Assembly: GCA_046757025.1 (NCBI GenBank)
Contig: JBHHXN010000085.1
Location: forward strand, 1-22,159
Origin: a bacterium
GTDB lineage: Bacteria > Zhuqueibacterota > Zhuqueibacteria > Oceanimicrobiales > Oceanimicrobiaceae
Direction: 5' to 3'
Length of the DNA: 22,159 bases
In this document: one piece after another, positions 8,464 through 17,742 of the stretch
Position numbering within the stretch: position 1 is the first letter of the stretch
How the letters are laid out: each line of letters begins with the position of its first letter
The notes under the pieces: generated by a model
Told to the model about the DNA's origin: nothing
Database searches by the model: none
Seen by the model: only the letters and a program-made list of their open reading frames with translations
Made by a program: the position numbers and the translations under genes

Positions 8464-9475
8464 AATTCTCCTCCACCTTATTACCAGTCAATTCTTTTCT
8501 GATTTTCGGATTAACTTCCCTTTGGATCATCATCGCTGCTTCATACACTGCGTTTTTTATTGCCTTGGGAGTCGAGCTGCCATGGCATATAATGCAGGTT
8601 CCGTTTACGCCCAATAAAGGCGCTCCTCCGTATTCTTCATAATCGTAAATCCGCCGCAGTCGGTCAAAGGTCGGTTTCAAAAGGAACGCCCCGATGTTTG
8701 AAAAAACTTTTTTACCTATTTTCCTTTTCAAGGTTTTCGAATACACACCGTTGAAGCTTTCCGCGAACTTTAACACCACATTGCCGGTGAATCCCTCAGT
8801 GACGATCACATCGGCCCGTCCGCTCATCACATCCCGGCCTTCGATGTTGCCGATAAAATTTAACGGGCTGTTTGTCAACAGTTTGTGGGCTTCCTGCATG
8901 ACTTCGTTGCCTTTGGTGGCCTCCTGGCCAATGTTCAAAAGGGCGACTTTGGGTTCGGATAAATTAAAAACATTTTTCATGTAAATGTTACCCATGATTC
9001 CGAATTGCAGTAAATGCAGGGGTTTACAATCCAGGTTGGCACCGATATCTATCAGCAAAGAGCCTGTATGACCGTTGGGCACCAGCGAACCGATGGCCGG
9101 CCTTTTCACGCCCTCCATCCTGCCTAATTTCATGAACGCGGAAGCCATCATGGCGCCGGTATGACCTGCGCTCACCACTGCATCGACTTCTTCATTCCGG
9201 TGCAGGTCCATTGCCACATTTATGGAAGCATCAGGTTTTTTTTTCAATGCCACGGTAGGGGTTTCACACATCTCAATTTTTTGAGAAGCGTGAACAATCG
9301 AAATGGGCAATTCCTGTACTCTAAAATGGCGGGAAAGGTAGGTTTGAATCACTTCTTTGTCTCCAACTAATGCCACCTCATATTCACCTTTCCCTGCACG
9401 AGCTGCTTCTACTCCTCCATGTACGATGGCGTCAGGGGCATAATCACCGCCCATCGCATCAATGGCAATTTTCAT
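8453..9475 (-). CDS. plsX: Phosphate:acyl-ACP acyltransferase
   Basis: IAIDAMGGDYAP, SAGHTGA, DIGAN, GGAPLLGVNG and HGSS. Confidence 0.96.
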   Translation of the reverse strand: MKIAIDAMGGDYAPDAIVHGGVEAARAGKGEYEVALVGDKEVIQTYLSRHFRVQELPISIVHASQKIEMCETPTVALKKKPDASINVAMDLHRNEEVDAVVSAGHTGAMMASAFMKLGRMEGVKRPAIGSLVPNGHTGSLLIDIGANLDCKPLHLLQFGIMGNIYMKNVFNLSEPKVALLNIGQEATKGNEVMQEAHKLLTNSPLNFIGNIEGRDVMSGRADVIVTEGFTGNVVLKFAESFNGVYSKTLKRKIGKKVFSNIGAFLLKPTFDRLRRIYDYEEYGGAPLLGVNGTCIICHGSSTPKAIKNAVYEAAMMIQREVNPKIRKELTGNKVEENYGD

Positions 9476-9535
9476 TAAATCTTCTCCAATTCAAATGCCC
9501 CGAGTATCTGAGCACCGCTTCAACAGATAATGATA

Positions 9536-9718
9536 TTAGACTTCTTTGGGGATGAAAATAGAACGACCGCTGTAATATCCACAATTCGGACACGCACGAT
9601 GAGGCAGCTTTGGTTGATGACAATGGCTGCATTTAGCCACGGTTGGAGCCGAAAGTTTCCAGTGTGTCCTTCGTTTATCTCTGCGTGATTTGGAATGTCT
9701 GCGCTTGGGTAATGGCAA
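9536..9718 (-). CDS. rpmF: 50S ribosomal protein L32 (Zn-binding CxxC/CxxC form)
   Basis: MPLPKRRHSKSRRDKRR...CSHC...HRACPNCGYY; TTG start after AGGAG. Confidence 0.97.
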   Translation of the reverse strand: MPLPKRRHSKSRRDKRRTHWKLSAPTVAKCSHCHQPKLPHRACPNCGYYSGRSIFIPKEV

Positions 9719-9756
9719 AATTCATCTCCTTTATTTCTTTTACTAATTTTTTCCAG

Positions 9757-10257
9757 TCATCGAATTAACTTCTTTAACTCGTTCCAACGCGGATCGATTT
9801 TCTCCTGCTCACAGCGACAGGTCTCTTCATTCAAATCCACGCCACACCCGGAACACAAACCTTTACAGTTTTCGGAACACACCACTTTCATGGGAATGGC
9901 TAAAAGCAAACTCTCACGAACGGAAGGCGCCAAATCGATTTCACCTGTGTTCGGTTTAATCATCTCCACCGCCTCGTCGCTTTCACATTCCGCGTAGGCT
10001 TGGTCCCAGGTAAAAAGAACGTGAAAAGTGTCGTTTAAATTGACAACAAATTTCGACAAGCATTTGTCGCAGGTATATTCAACTTGCGTGTCAATAAGTG
10101 TGGTGACGTAAATGTTCTTGTCTCTTTTCTCCAGATGGCCTTCAATGTGGATGTCGTTGACGAAAATCTGGCTATCCACCAGATTTAAGTCGTAAAGATT
10201 CTTTTCAAATACAAAAGAATGACTTCCTTCCTTTACATATTGAATGTTGATCTTCAT
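9757..10257 (-). CDS. yceD: DUF177 / YceD family protein
   Basis: CDKCL, P.KVVCSENCKGLCSGCG.DLN and DPRWNELK; canonical position upstream of rpmF. Confidence 0.92.
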   Translation of the reverse strand: MKINIQYVKEGSHSFVFEKNLYDLNLVDSQIFVNDIHIEGHLEKRDKNIYVTTLIDTQVEYTCDKCLSKFVVNLNDTFHVLFTWDQAYAECESDEAVEMIKPNTGEIDLAPSVRESLLLAIPMKVVCSENCKGLCSGCGVDLNEETCRCEQEKIDPRWNELKKLIR

Positions 10258-10286
10258 TCAAACAGCTATCTGAAAAAATTGTGTTC

Positions 10287-10315
10287 AATTTAATTAATAT
10301 TTTGTCAATAGTCAA
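10287..10315 (-). promoter_or_regulatory. Putative sigma-70 promoter of the yceD-rpmF-plsX-fab operon
   Basis: Minus strand TTGACT-N17-TAAATT, ending 30 bp upstream of yceD. Confidence 0.5.
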
Positions 10316-10422
10316 CAAAAAACTCAGGATAATTGTAATACCACAGTCGTACCATGTCAAGTATTCACTCAATCAAAAATTCCGAAACAAGCACCATCCG
10401 CCTTCCACGTCTCTGTGAGATT

Positions 10423-10848
10423 TTAGCGTTGATATTCAACCAGTTCTTTGCCGGTAAAGAAAAAGCCAATCTCAATTTTGGCGTTCTCCACTGAATCGGA
10501 ACCGTGCACGATGTTGTTCTGCTTGCTCTCTGCAAATTCTTTTCGAATGGTGCCCTCTGCCGCCTCCGCCGGATCGGTGGCGCCTATCAACTCCCGAAAG
10601 GCGTTCACGGCATCTTCTTTTTCTAACACCATTGGCACGGATTTGCCCGAGCTCATAAATTGCACAAGCTCTCCATAAAAAGATCGCTCGCGATGAACCG
10701 CATAAAACTCGCTGGCACTTTCTCGGGTCAAATGCACCATTTTCATAGCAAGTATTTTGAAACCCGCCTGCTCGATGCGGGCCGTGACTTTTCCAATTAA
10801 TTTTCCATCAGTACAATCCGGTTTCAAAATAGCTAATGTACGCTCCAC
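10423..10848 (-). CDS. ndk: Nucleoside diphosphate kinase
   Basis: [25 protein letters not shown] and [11 protein letters not shown] start after AGGAG. Confidence 0.96.
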   Translation of the reverse strand: MERTLAILKPDCTDGKLIGKVTARIEQAGFKILAMKMVHLTRESASEFYAVHRERSFYGELVQFMSSGKSVPMVLEKEDAVNAFRELIGATDPAEAAEGTIRKEFAESKQNNIVHGSDSVENAKIEIGFFFTGKELVEYQR

Positions 10849-10912
10849 AAACGTGACTCCTTTATTAAATCGTTATCAAAATTCAATTATTTGAATGTTT
10901 AAATGGGGGTGC

Positions 10913-11782
10913 TCAGAGCACTTTTTGCATGGTGATGCCGATTTCAGCGGGACTATTGGCCACGTGCACACCGGCGCTTTGCAGGATTTCGATTTTTTCT
11001 TTGGCCGTGCCTTCGCTACCCGAAATGATCGCGCCAGCATGACCCATGCGCCGTCCCGGCGGGGCGGTGCGGCCCGCAACGAACGCCACCACCGGCCGAT
11101 CAAAATGGGCTTTGATGTATGCCGCCGCTTCCTGCTCTGCCGTTCCGCCAATCTCACCGATGAGCACCACCGCCTCAGTGTCCGCATCTTCTTTGAACAA
11201 TTTCAAGGCATCTGTAAAAGTGGTGCCGATGATGGGGTCGCCGCCGATGCCGATGCAGGTGGACTGGCCAATGCCCAGATCGCTGAGCTGTTTCACCGCC
11301 TCGTAAGTGAGCGTGCCGCTGCGTGAAATCAAACCGACTTTGCCGGGCTGGTGAATAAATGCCGGCATGATGCCGATCTTGCATTTACCCGGCGAAATCA
11401 CTCCCGGACAGTTTGGCCCCACCAGGCGGGTGTTATGGCTTTTCAAATATTGATGCACGTCGATCATATCTTTTGTGGGAATGCCTTCGGTGATACACAC
11501 GATCAAGGCAATGCCAGCTTGAGAGGCTTCCATCACCGCATCCGCTGCAAATGGCGGCGGCACAAAAACCGCTGAGGCATTCGCACCTTCCTGCGCAACC
11601 GCTTCTACCACGGTGTTGAAAACCGGCACCTTATCGTCAAACTTTTGACCACCCTTGCCAGGCACGACACCCGCAACCACTTTGGTGTCGTATTCCATCA
11701 TCTGACGGGTATGAAAAGTTCCTTCACTGCCCGTAATACCCTGAACCACGACGCGCGTATTTTCATCAATTAAAATGCTCAA
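10913..11782 (-). CDS. sucD: Succinyl-CoA synthetase alpha subunit
   Basis: [23 protein letters not shown] and RMGHAGA (phospho-His). TTG at 11782 is 7 nt after AAGGAG and gives MSILIDEN. Confidence 0.96.
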   Translation of the reverse strand: MSILIDENTRVVVQGITGSEGTFHTRQMMEYDTKVVAGVVPGKGGQKFDDKVPVFNTVVEAVAQEGANASAVFVPPPFAADAVMEASQAGIALIVCITEGIPTKDMIDVHQYLKSHNTRLVGPNCPGVISPGKCKIGIMPAFIHQPGKVGLISRSGTLTYEAVKQLSDLGIGQSTCIGIGGDPIIGTTFTDALKLFKEDADTEAVVLIGEIGGTAEQEAAAYIKAHFDRPVVAFVAGRTAPPGRRMGHAGAIISGSEGTAKEKIEILQSAGVHVANSPAEIGITMQKVL

Positions 11783-11866
11783 TTTCAATCTCCTTTAAAT
11801 TTGTCCTTTTCAAAAATTCACTTCACATGCCTAAGCTTTTCACTGTATCATGTTGGCTTTTACCGA

Positions 11867-13024
11867 TCAATTTATGGCCGCCACAACTTTGCGAGCGGCT
11901 TCTTCAAAAGTGCGGCCCACCTCAAATGAAAAATCGGACTGCTCTAAAATTTGCGCCGCTTCTTCCGCGTTGGTGCCTTCCAGCCGCACCACCACCGGCA
12001 CATAGATGTCCATTTTAGAAGCCGCTTCGATGACGCCCTTTGCCACGCGGTCGCAGCGCACAATGCCGCCAAAAATGTTGATCAATACCGCTTTAACATT
12101 TTTGTCCGAAAGTAAAATTTTGAAGCCGTTTTCCACGGTTTCCGCACTGGCTGAACCGCCGACGTCTAAAAAGTTCGCCGGCTCGGAGCCAGCTAATTTA
12201 ATCATATCCATGGTCGCCATGGCCAGGCCGGCGCCGTTGACCATGCAGCCCACTTCGCCGTCCAGTTTGATATAATTTAAGAGGTATTTGGATGCTTCCA
12301 CTTCCAGAGGCTCTTCTTCGTGCAGGTCACGCAATTCCTTGAAATCCGTATGCCGATAAAGCGCATTATCATCGAAATTCACTTTGGCATCCAACGCCAG
12401 CACCTGACCGTCTTTTGTCACCACCAGGGGATTGATTTCTGCCAGGGAGCAGTCCGACTCCGTATAAGCCCGGTACAGGGCTGAAAAGAACTTCAGGGCG
12501 TTTTTCACCTGCTCCCCTTGCAGTCCCAATCCAAAAGCCAGTTTGCGCGCCTGAAAGGCCTGAAATCCCACGGCCGGATCGATATATTCTTTCAGAATTT
12601 TTTCCGGCGTTTCGCTGGCCACTTTTTCAATTTCCACACCGCCTTCGGTGCTGGCCATGAACACGAGTTGACCGGTGGAGCGATCCAGCACCACGCCCAG
12701 GTACAGCTCCCGCGCAATTTCCAGACCCTCTTCGATCAACACTTTTCTAACCTTTTTGCCTTGCGCACCCGTTTGATGGGTCACTAAATTCATCCCGATC
12801 ATTTCGTTGGCGATTTTTTCAGCCTCCTCAGGACTTTTTGCGAGTTTTACACCACCGCCTTTGCCGCGCCCGCCTGCGTGTATCTGGGCTTTAACCACCA
12901 CGGTTCCGCCCAATTCGGCTGCGTATTTTTTCGCTTCTTGGGGAGTGGTCGCTAACTTGCCACGTGGTACTGCCACGCCAAACTTTTTCAAAATTTCTTT
13001 ACCCTGATATTCGTGAATTTTCAA
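11867..13024 (-). CDS. sucC: Succinyl-CoA synthetase beta subunit
   Basis: [41 protein letters not shown] and [12 protein letters not shown] start after AGGAGG. Confidence 0.97.
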   Translation of the reverse strand: MKIHEYQGKEILKKFGVAVPRGKLATTPQEAKKYAAELGGTVVVKAQIHAGGRGKGGGVKLAKSPEEAEKIANEMIGMNLVTHQTGAQGKKVRKVLIEEGLEIARELYLGVVLDRSTGQLVFMASTEGGVEIEKVASETPEKILKEYIDPAVGFQAFQARKLAFGLGLQGEQVKNALKFFSALYRAYTESDCSLAEINPLVVTKDGQVLALDAKVNFDDNALYRHTDFKELRDLHEEEPLEVEASKYLLNYIKLDGEVGCMVNGAGLAMATMDMIKLAGSEPANFLDVGGSASAETVENGFKILLSDKNVKAVLINIFGGIVRCDRVAKGVIEAASKMDIYVPVVVRLEGTNAEEAAQILEQSDFSFEVGRTFEEAARKVVAAIN

Positions 13025-13107
13025 TTGAAAACCTCCTGACGTTTTAAGTTCTTGACATTATCAAAAAATCGATGAGTTTGTCTGCCATTTCAATGTTTTT
13101 CAAGTCA

Positions 13108-14088
13108 TCAAGCAACTATTCGGGTGCCGGTTTCACCGTGAATGGCCTCACGGGTTTTTTCGATGGAGCTGATCACCACCAGCTTGCCGCCGGTTTCGAG
13201 AAAATTGATGGCTGCCTGCACCTTGGGTCCCATGCTGCCCATGGGGAATTGCCCTTCCGCAAGGTACTTTTTTGCCTCTTCCACAGTCAATTTGTCCAAT
13301 AAAATTTCATCGGGTTTGCGAAAATTCAAAGCCACTTTCTCAACCGCCGTCAAAATATAGAGATCTTCGGCGCCAATGTCTCTGGCCAATGCTGCGGCGG
13401 CCAGATCTTTGTCGATGACAGCGTCTACGCCTTCGTAAGTTCCCTGCGGCGTGACGTACACCGGAATGCCGCCGCCGCCGCTGCATATCAAAATCACATC
13501 GTTATTGATAAGATCTCGAATGGTGTCTTTTTCCACAATTTCCAGAGGCGCTGGCGAAGGCACCACCCGACGATAGCCGCGGCCGGGGTCTTCTTTCACC
13601 ACCCAGCCTCGTTTTGTCACCACTTCATGAATATCCTCTTTTGAAATAAACGGTCCCACGAATTTAGTAGGATTGACGATGGAAGGATCGTCCTTATCCA
13701 CTATTACCTGGGTCAGAAGGGTGGCCACTTCGCGCTCGATTCCCCGTAAATGCAGTTTGTTTTGCAATGATTGCTGAATCATGTAACCCATTCCACCCTG
13801 CAGGTCGGCGACGATGATACCCAAAGGCAACGGCGGCACCAGATGTCGAGTTTCTTCAACTCGAATTAAATAATTTCCTACTTGCGGGCCGTTACCGTGG
13901 GTGATGGCAATGCGGTAGCCTTTTTTGATCAACTCCAGAACCCCGATCAAACTTTGGCGGGTGTTGGCAAATTGCTGGGTGATATTGCCTTCTTCAAATT
14001 CACGAGTAATGGAGTTTCCCCCCAGAGCCACTACGGCGACGGTACCCTTTTTCGTATCCAATCCAGTGTTCTGCTGAAAATCGTTCAT
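13108..14088 (-). CDS. arcC: Carbamate kinase
   Basis: VVALGGN, THGNGPQVG, PTKFVGP, GYRRVVPSP, GGGGIPV, AVIDKD and GSMGPK. Confidence 0.95.
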   Translation of the reverse strand: MNDFQQNTGLDTKKGTVAVVALGGNSITREFEEGNITQQFANTRQSLIGVLELIKKGYRIAITHGNGPQVGNYLIRVEETRHLVPPLPLGIIVADLQGGMGYMIQQSLQNKLHLRGIEREVATLLTQVIVDKDDPSIVNPTKFVGPFISKEDIHEVVTKRGWVVKEDPGRGYRRVVPSPAPLEIVEKDTIRDLINNDVILICSGGGGIPVYVTPQGTYEGVDAVIDKDLAAAALARDIGAEDLYILTAVEKVALNFRKPDEILLDKLTVEEAKKYLAEGQFPMGSMGPKVQAAINFLETGGKLVVISSIEKTREAIHGETGTRIVA

Positions 14089-14118
14089 TGAATTTCTGCG
14101 TGAATTTCCAAAACCGTC

Positions 14119-15432
14119 TCAGGCAAATCGATTCAAAATTTCCGTTAAATTTGGCATTCCGATTTCCTGCAATTCGTAGGTCACTCGGACGGCGGGTTTA
14201 TTGATCGTGATGAGTTTGCGCAAATCGATGGGCGTACCGATGATCACGGCCTCGCAGTCGCTGGCATTTATGGTGCTCTCCAAATCTTTGATCTGTTCGG
14301 CACCATAGCCCATGGCCGGCAAAACCGTGCCGATTTCAGGGTAAAATTCAAAGGTTTGCTGCAGGGAGCCCACCAAAAACGGTCGAGGATCGACCAGGCC
14401 GGCAGCGCCATATTTATCAGCTGCTACAACGGCTGCACCAAATTTCATCTCGCCGTGTGTTAAGGTAGGCCCATCTTCCACAGCCAGCACACGCTTACCC
14501 TTGATGATTTCGGCATTCTCCACAAAAATCGGCGACGCGGCGTCGATAATTACAGCATGGGGGTTGGTTTCGATTACATTGGTCCGAACCTGCTCGATGT
14601 TGGCCAGCGAGGCAGAGGTTTCTTTGTTGATCACCACCACGTCGGCCATGCGCAAATTGGTTTCTCCGGGGTAGTAGCTCAACTCATGTCCTGGCCGCAA
14701 CGGATCCACCACGACGATATGCAGATCGGGCTTGAAAAACGGCGTATCGTTGTTGCCGCCATCCCAGATAACCACATCCGCTTCTTCCTGGGCTTGCGAC
14801 AGAATAGTCTGATAATCGTTGCCCGCGTAAACGATGGTTCCCATGGCCAGATGCGGTTCATATTCCTCTCGTTCTTCTATGGTACAATTGTGTTTATCTA
14901 AATCTTCGTAATTTTCAAAACGCTGGCAACGCTGTGCGGTGAGATCCCCGTACGGCATGGGGTGCCGGACCACCACCAATTTCTTACCTAACGCTTTCAA
15001 CACCTGCGCAACCTTGCGCGTGGTCTGGCTTTTTCCACAACCCGTGCGAACTGCGCAAATTGCGACCACCGGTTTGGTGCTGGCGAGCATGGTATTTTGG
15101 GCGTTTAATAAAACAAAATCCGCCCCGGCGGCTTGGACCATCGCCGCTTTATGCTGAACGTATTCATGAGAAACGTCGCTATACGAAAAAACCACCTCAT
15201 CTACCCTGTGTTTTGTAATCAGATCTGTCAACTCATTTTCATGATGAATGGGGATGCCATCCTGGTACAATTCGCCGGCTAATTTAGATGGAAATACCCG
15301 GCCTTCAATATCGGGAATTTGTGTGGCCGTAAAAGCAGTAACTTCATAATTATCATTTTCTTTATACCGCACATTAAAATTGTGAAAGTCTCTTCCTGCA
15401 GCTCCCATAATGATAACTTTCCTGCGTTGCAT
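14119..15432 (-). CDS. COG2403 P-loop protein (cyclic 2,3-diphosphoglycerate synthetase-like / 'GTPase'); probably arginine synthetase ArcE
   Basis: GAAGRDFHNFN, AFTATQIPDI, Walker A AVRTGCGKS, RHPMPYG, CTIEEREEYE, WDGGNND, VEDGPTLTHG and LPAMGY; GGAGGAG RBS; ends 30 bp upstream of carbamate kinase. Confidence 0.85.
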   Translation of the reverse strand: MQRRKVIIMGAAGRDFHNFNVRYKENDNYEVTAFTATQIPDIEGRVFPSKLAGELYQDGIPIHHENELTDLITKHRVDEVVFSYSDVSHEYVQHKAAMVQAAGADFVLLNAQNTMLASTKPVVAICAVRTGCGKSQTTRKVAQVLKALGKKLVVVRHPMPYGDLTAQRCQRFENYEDLDKHNCTIEEREEYEPHLAMGTIVYAGNDYQTILSQAQEEADVVIWDGGNNDTPFFKPDLHIVVVDPLRPGHELSYYPGETNLRMADVVVINKETSASLANIEQVRTNVIETNPHAVIIDAASPIFVENAEIIKGKRVLAVEDGPTLTHGEMKFGAAVVAADKYGAAGLVDPRPFLVGSLQQTFEFYPEIGTVLPAMGYGAEQIKDLESTINASDCEAVIIGTPIDLRKLITINKPAVRVTYELQEIGMPNLTEILNRFA

Positions 15433-15475
15433 AACTCCTCCATTTTCGTGAAATCATAGAAATAAAAAACTCAAA

Positions 15476-15504
15476 AATATAGTATAATAAAGAGTAATTT
15501 GCAA
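15476..15504 (-). promoter_or_regulatory. Putative sigma-70 promoter for the arcE-like/arcC unit
   Basis: Minus strand TTGCAA-N17-TATATT, 44 bp upstream of the ATG. The AT-rich context lowers specificity. Confidence 0.45.
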
Positions 15505-15981
15505 GCATTTTAAAATTAAAGTTTTGCGGTTTTTTTACCAAACCTGACTTTTGTTATAACCGATTCGCTGTAGTGGTTCATCTTGCCGGAAGAATGAAAT
15601 TTAGACAGTTAAAATTGACTATTTTATATAAAATTAAAGCAAATGCTTTCATGAAATGTGTGTAGTTTTTACACTTTGAATTTTAACCTTTGCAACAAGC
15701 CGTATTTGACTCAATAATTTAAAAATTGCTAAAATATTGTATCAAATTGCGACCAACTGTACTATTTTCGTCCATTTGTATGATTTCAAACCGTATAAAA
15801 TATCACTATTCAGCTCACTCAAATTGAGCAAATACTCAATATAATATTTTTTTGCAATTACATTTCAAAAAAGATATCCCTCATTAACTTACTGAAACAT
15901 AAAAAGATATGGCCTGATTTTTATTTCAATAAAGAAAAAATGCCCACAAAAAACATCAAACATTCATGACTATTGCAAAAC

Positions 15982-15997
15982 TGGCATAAATGTTGCA
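15982..15997 (+). promoter_or_regulatory. Sigma-54 (RpoN) -24/-12 promoter
   Basis: TGGCATAAATGTTGCA matches TGGCAY-N5-TTGCW with exact GG-N10-GC spacing, oriented toward the response regulator. Confidence 0.75.
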
Positions 15998-16015
15998 AAT
16001 TGGCACACCACAAAT

Positions 16016-16197
16016 CATTGAGCAGGCTAACAAACGAAATAAACATCTCTACGAGAAACAGCAGCGTCTCCGCCGGGATCGCCGGTGTGTCCTAAACGAA
16101 ATTGAAATTGGAAGGGTTTAGAGACGCGATTCAAACAAAATGAATTCGCAACGTATCCCGGTGTGAGACCAGGTCAATGTCAAAATAAAAGCTGTTT
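16016..16197 (+). ncRNA. Candidate structured 5' leader RNA (family not recognised)
   Basis: Several complementary pairs: 16064-16070/16121-16127, 16071-16079/16155-16163, 16092-16097/16116-16121, 16056-16062/16191-16197 and 16016-16021/16174-16179. Confidence 0.35.
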
Positions 16198-16235
16198 TAG
16201 CATTCATAATAGTCACAAACCTTTGGAGGCTTATC

Positions 16236-16931
16236 ATGGAAAAGGTGGAAAATGGAAGTGTAATTCTTTTTGATAAATCCCAAATGAATGGCGGCAGAAT
16301 TTTAGACGCGGTGTTGGAAAAGGAAGGATTCGCATCCAGCCATTTTGAGGACATCGGCAACGCGCTCGAAATCACCATGCGCGAAAAACCGTCAGTGGTC
16401 GTAATCGATTTAGATGAATTTGGTGACCTGGGATGGACAACCTGTTTGGAGTTAAAGGACGACATTGGCACCAAAAATACCGGCCTCATTCTCATTTCTT
16501 CCAGCGACGACGATCTATTGAAAGTTAAAGGATTGGAAATGGGTGCCGATGATTTTATTACGAAACCCTTTAACAAGCAAGAGCTGGTCGCGAGAATTAA
16601 GGCCATCAGCCGCCGACTTTCGTCAAATTCAAGCAAAAAAATCAAAGTCAAAGATATCGAAATTAATTTGGATGAACATCGAGTGAGCAAAGCGGGCAAA
16701 CCCATCGATTTAACGTATATTCAATTCAAGCTGCTGTATTTGTTGGCCTCACGTCGCATGAACGTGTTTTCACGAAAAGAGATTTTAGAAAAAGTGTGGG
16801 GCAAGCGGGTTTACGTCACAAACCGAACCGTAGATGTTCATATCAAGAGATTACGCGAGAAGTTGGGTGAGTATAAATACCCCTCGCAATACATTGAGAC
16901 AATACATGGTACAGGATACCGTTTCCTCTAA
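16236..16931 (+). CDS. OmpR/PhoB-family response regulator (receiver plus winged helix), orphan
   Basis: VVIDL, GLEMGADDFITKPF..ELVARIKA, LT..QFKLL..L, RTVDVHIKRLREKL and IETIHGTGYRF; GGAGG RBS at 16225-16229. Confidence 0.93.
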   Translation: MEKVENGSVILFDKSQMNGGRILDAVLEKEGFASSHFEDIGNALEITMREKPSVVVIDLDEFGDLGWTTCLELKDDIGTKNTGLILISSSDDDLLKVKGLEMGADDFITKPFNKQELVARIKAISRRLSSNSSKKIKVKDIEINLDEHRVSKAGKPIDLTYIQFKLLYLLASRRMNVFSRKEILEKVWGKRVYVTNRTVDVHIKRLREKLGEYKYPSQYIETIHGTGYRFL

Positions 16932-16955
16932 TACCTCATTTTTTCCTCCCTCCGG

Positions 16956-16987
16956 GCCCCTGGCAGTTGTGCTGGGGGCTTTTTTTT
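16956..16987 (+). terminator. Rho-independent terminator after the response regulator
   Basis: Stem GCCCCTGGCA / TGCTGGGGGC with loop GTTG, followed by 8 T. Confidence 0.8.
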
Positions 16988-16990
16988 GCT

Positions 16991-17731
16991 CTAATCAAAT
17001 TTGACTTTCCAAAAAAAGCCTTGAAAAAATTTATCGTCGAAAAAACCCAGGCGAAACGGAGGATTTTTGCGCAGTCGCAGCTTGAGTGAAATTTTACGAG
17101 TGGAAGCCGTGACGATGGCGCCGGATTCGTCTACTCGTTTAAAAATGGCACGCAAAGGAATGCGCACCTCCAATTCGTCCGCCGCCGTCGATGCGCTTCT
17201 CTTCAACTGCAATTCCTGAAATCGTTCAATAACCCGAAAGTTGATATCATCAGGCAGGTAAACGTTTCCGCTGCCGTTTTCCAGTGTCACGATGAGGTTG
17301 GTTTTGATAAACTCATCTAACTCTTTTTGGGTCCATTTAGAATAAAACGGCAGTCGTAAGTCCAGTGCAAACACAAGATATTTTTCATGTAGGTCTGCAA
17401 ATCTCTTGATGCGGCTTTGGTATTCGTCTTCACTGATTCGCTCTTCTTCGGCGATGATTTCCAGTTCAACTTTGTCAATTTCAGGCAGAATCCAGTAAAC
17501 CTGGCTGTTTCTTTTAAAAATGAGGTCTCCAAACTGACGGCCGGCCATTTTCACCATCAACGACCTGAGATAATCGTTGCCGAGATTTTCACTTTTGAAC
17601 GGATTGGCTTTTCTGGAAAATTGCAGTTGTGAGTAAGGAACCTGTGGCGCTACGACACAGCCCACCCAAAACAGCACCAACAACCCTATTACCAAGTTTT
17701 TCATCGTCAACATATTCCAAAATATTTTCAT
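16991..17731 (-). CDS. Hypothetical protein, probable lipoprotein
   Basis: 246-aa ORF starting 11 bp after the ABC gene. Signal-like MKNLVIGLLVLFWVG-C with a lipobox-like Cys. The true start may be 17713 or 17704. Confidence 0.7.
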   Translation of the reverse strand: MKIFWNMLTMKNLVIGLLVLFWVGCVVAPQVPYSQLQFSRKANPFKSENLGNDYLRSLMVKMAGRQFGDLIFKRNSQVYWILPEIDKVELEIIAEEERISEDEYQSRIKRFADLHEKYLVFALDLRLPFYSKWTQKELDEFIKTNLIVTLENGSGNVYLPDDINFRVIERFQELQLKRSASTAADELEVRIPLRAIFKRVDESGAIVTASTRKISLKLRLRKNPPFRLGFFDDKFFQGFFWKVKFD

Positions 17732-17742
17732 AAATAAATAAC

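Noticed and set aside
16000..16016. Second TGGCAC sigma-54-like half site
   Set aside because: No TTGC at the required -12 spacing.
15990..16121. 43-codon upstream ORF (MLQIGTPQ...GRV) as a leader peptide
   Set aside because: It starts inside the sigma-54 promoter, upstream of the predicted TSS, and has no RBS.
16064..16163. HDV-like ribozyme, NiCo riboswitch or raiA-motif assignment for the leader
   Set aside because: Helix order loosely resembles HDV-like folds, but the P3/L3 segment is far too long and P1.1 is absent. Only short words (TGAGCAGGC, AGACCAGGTCAA) recall the other families.
16118..16705. 195-aa antisense ORF, and similar shadow ORFs such as 4391-4927, 17905-18438 and 19813-20346
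   Set aside because: They lie antisense to well-supported genes and have no recognisable domains.
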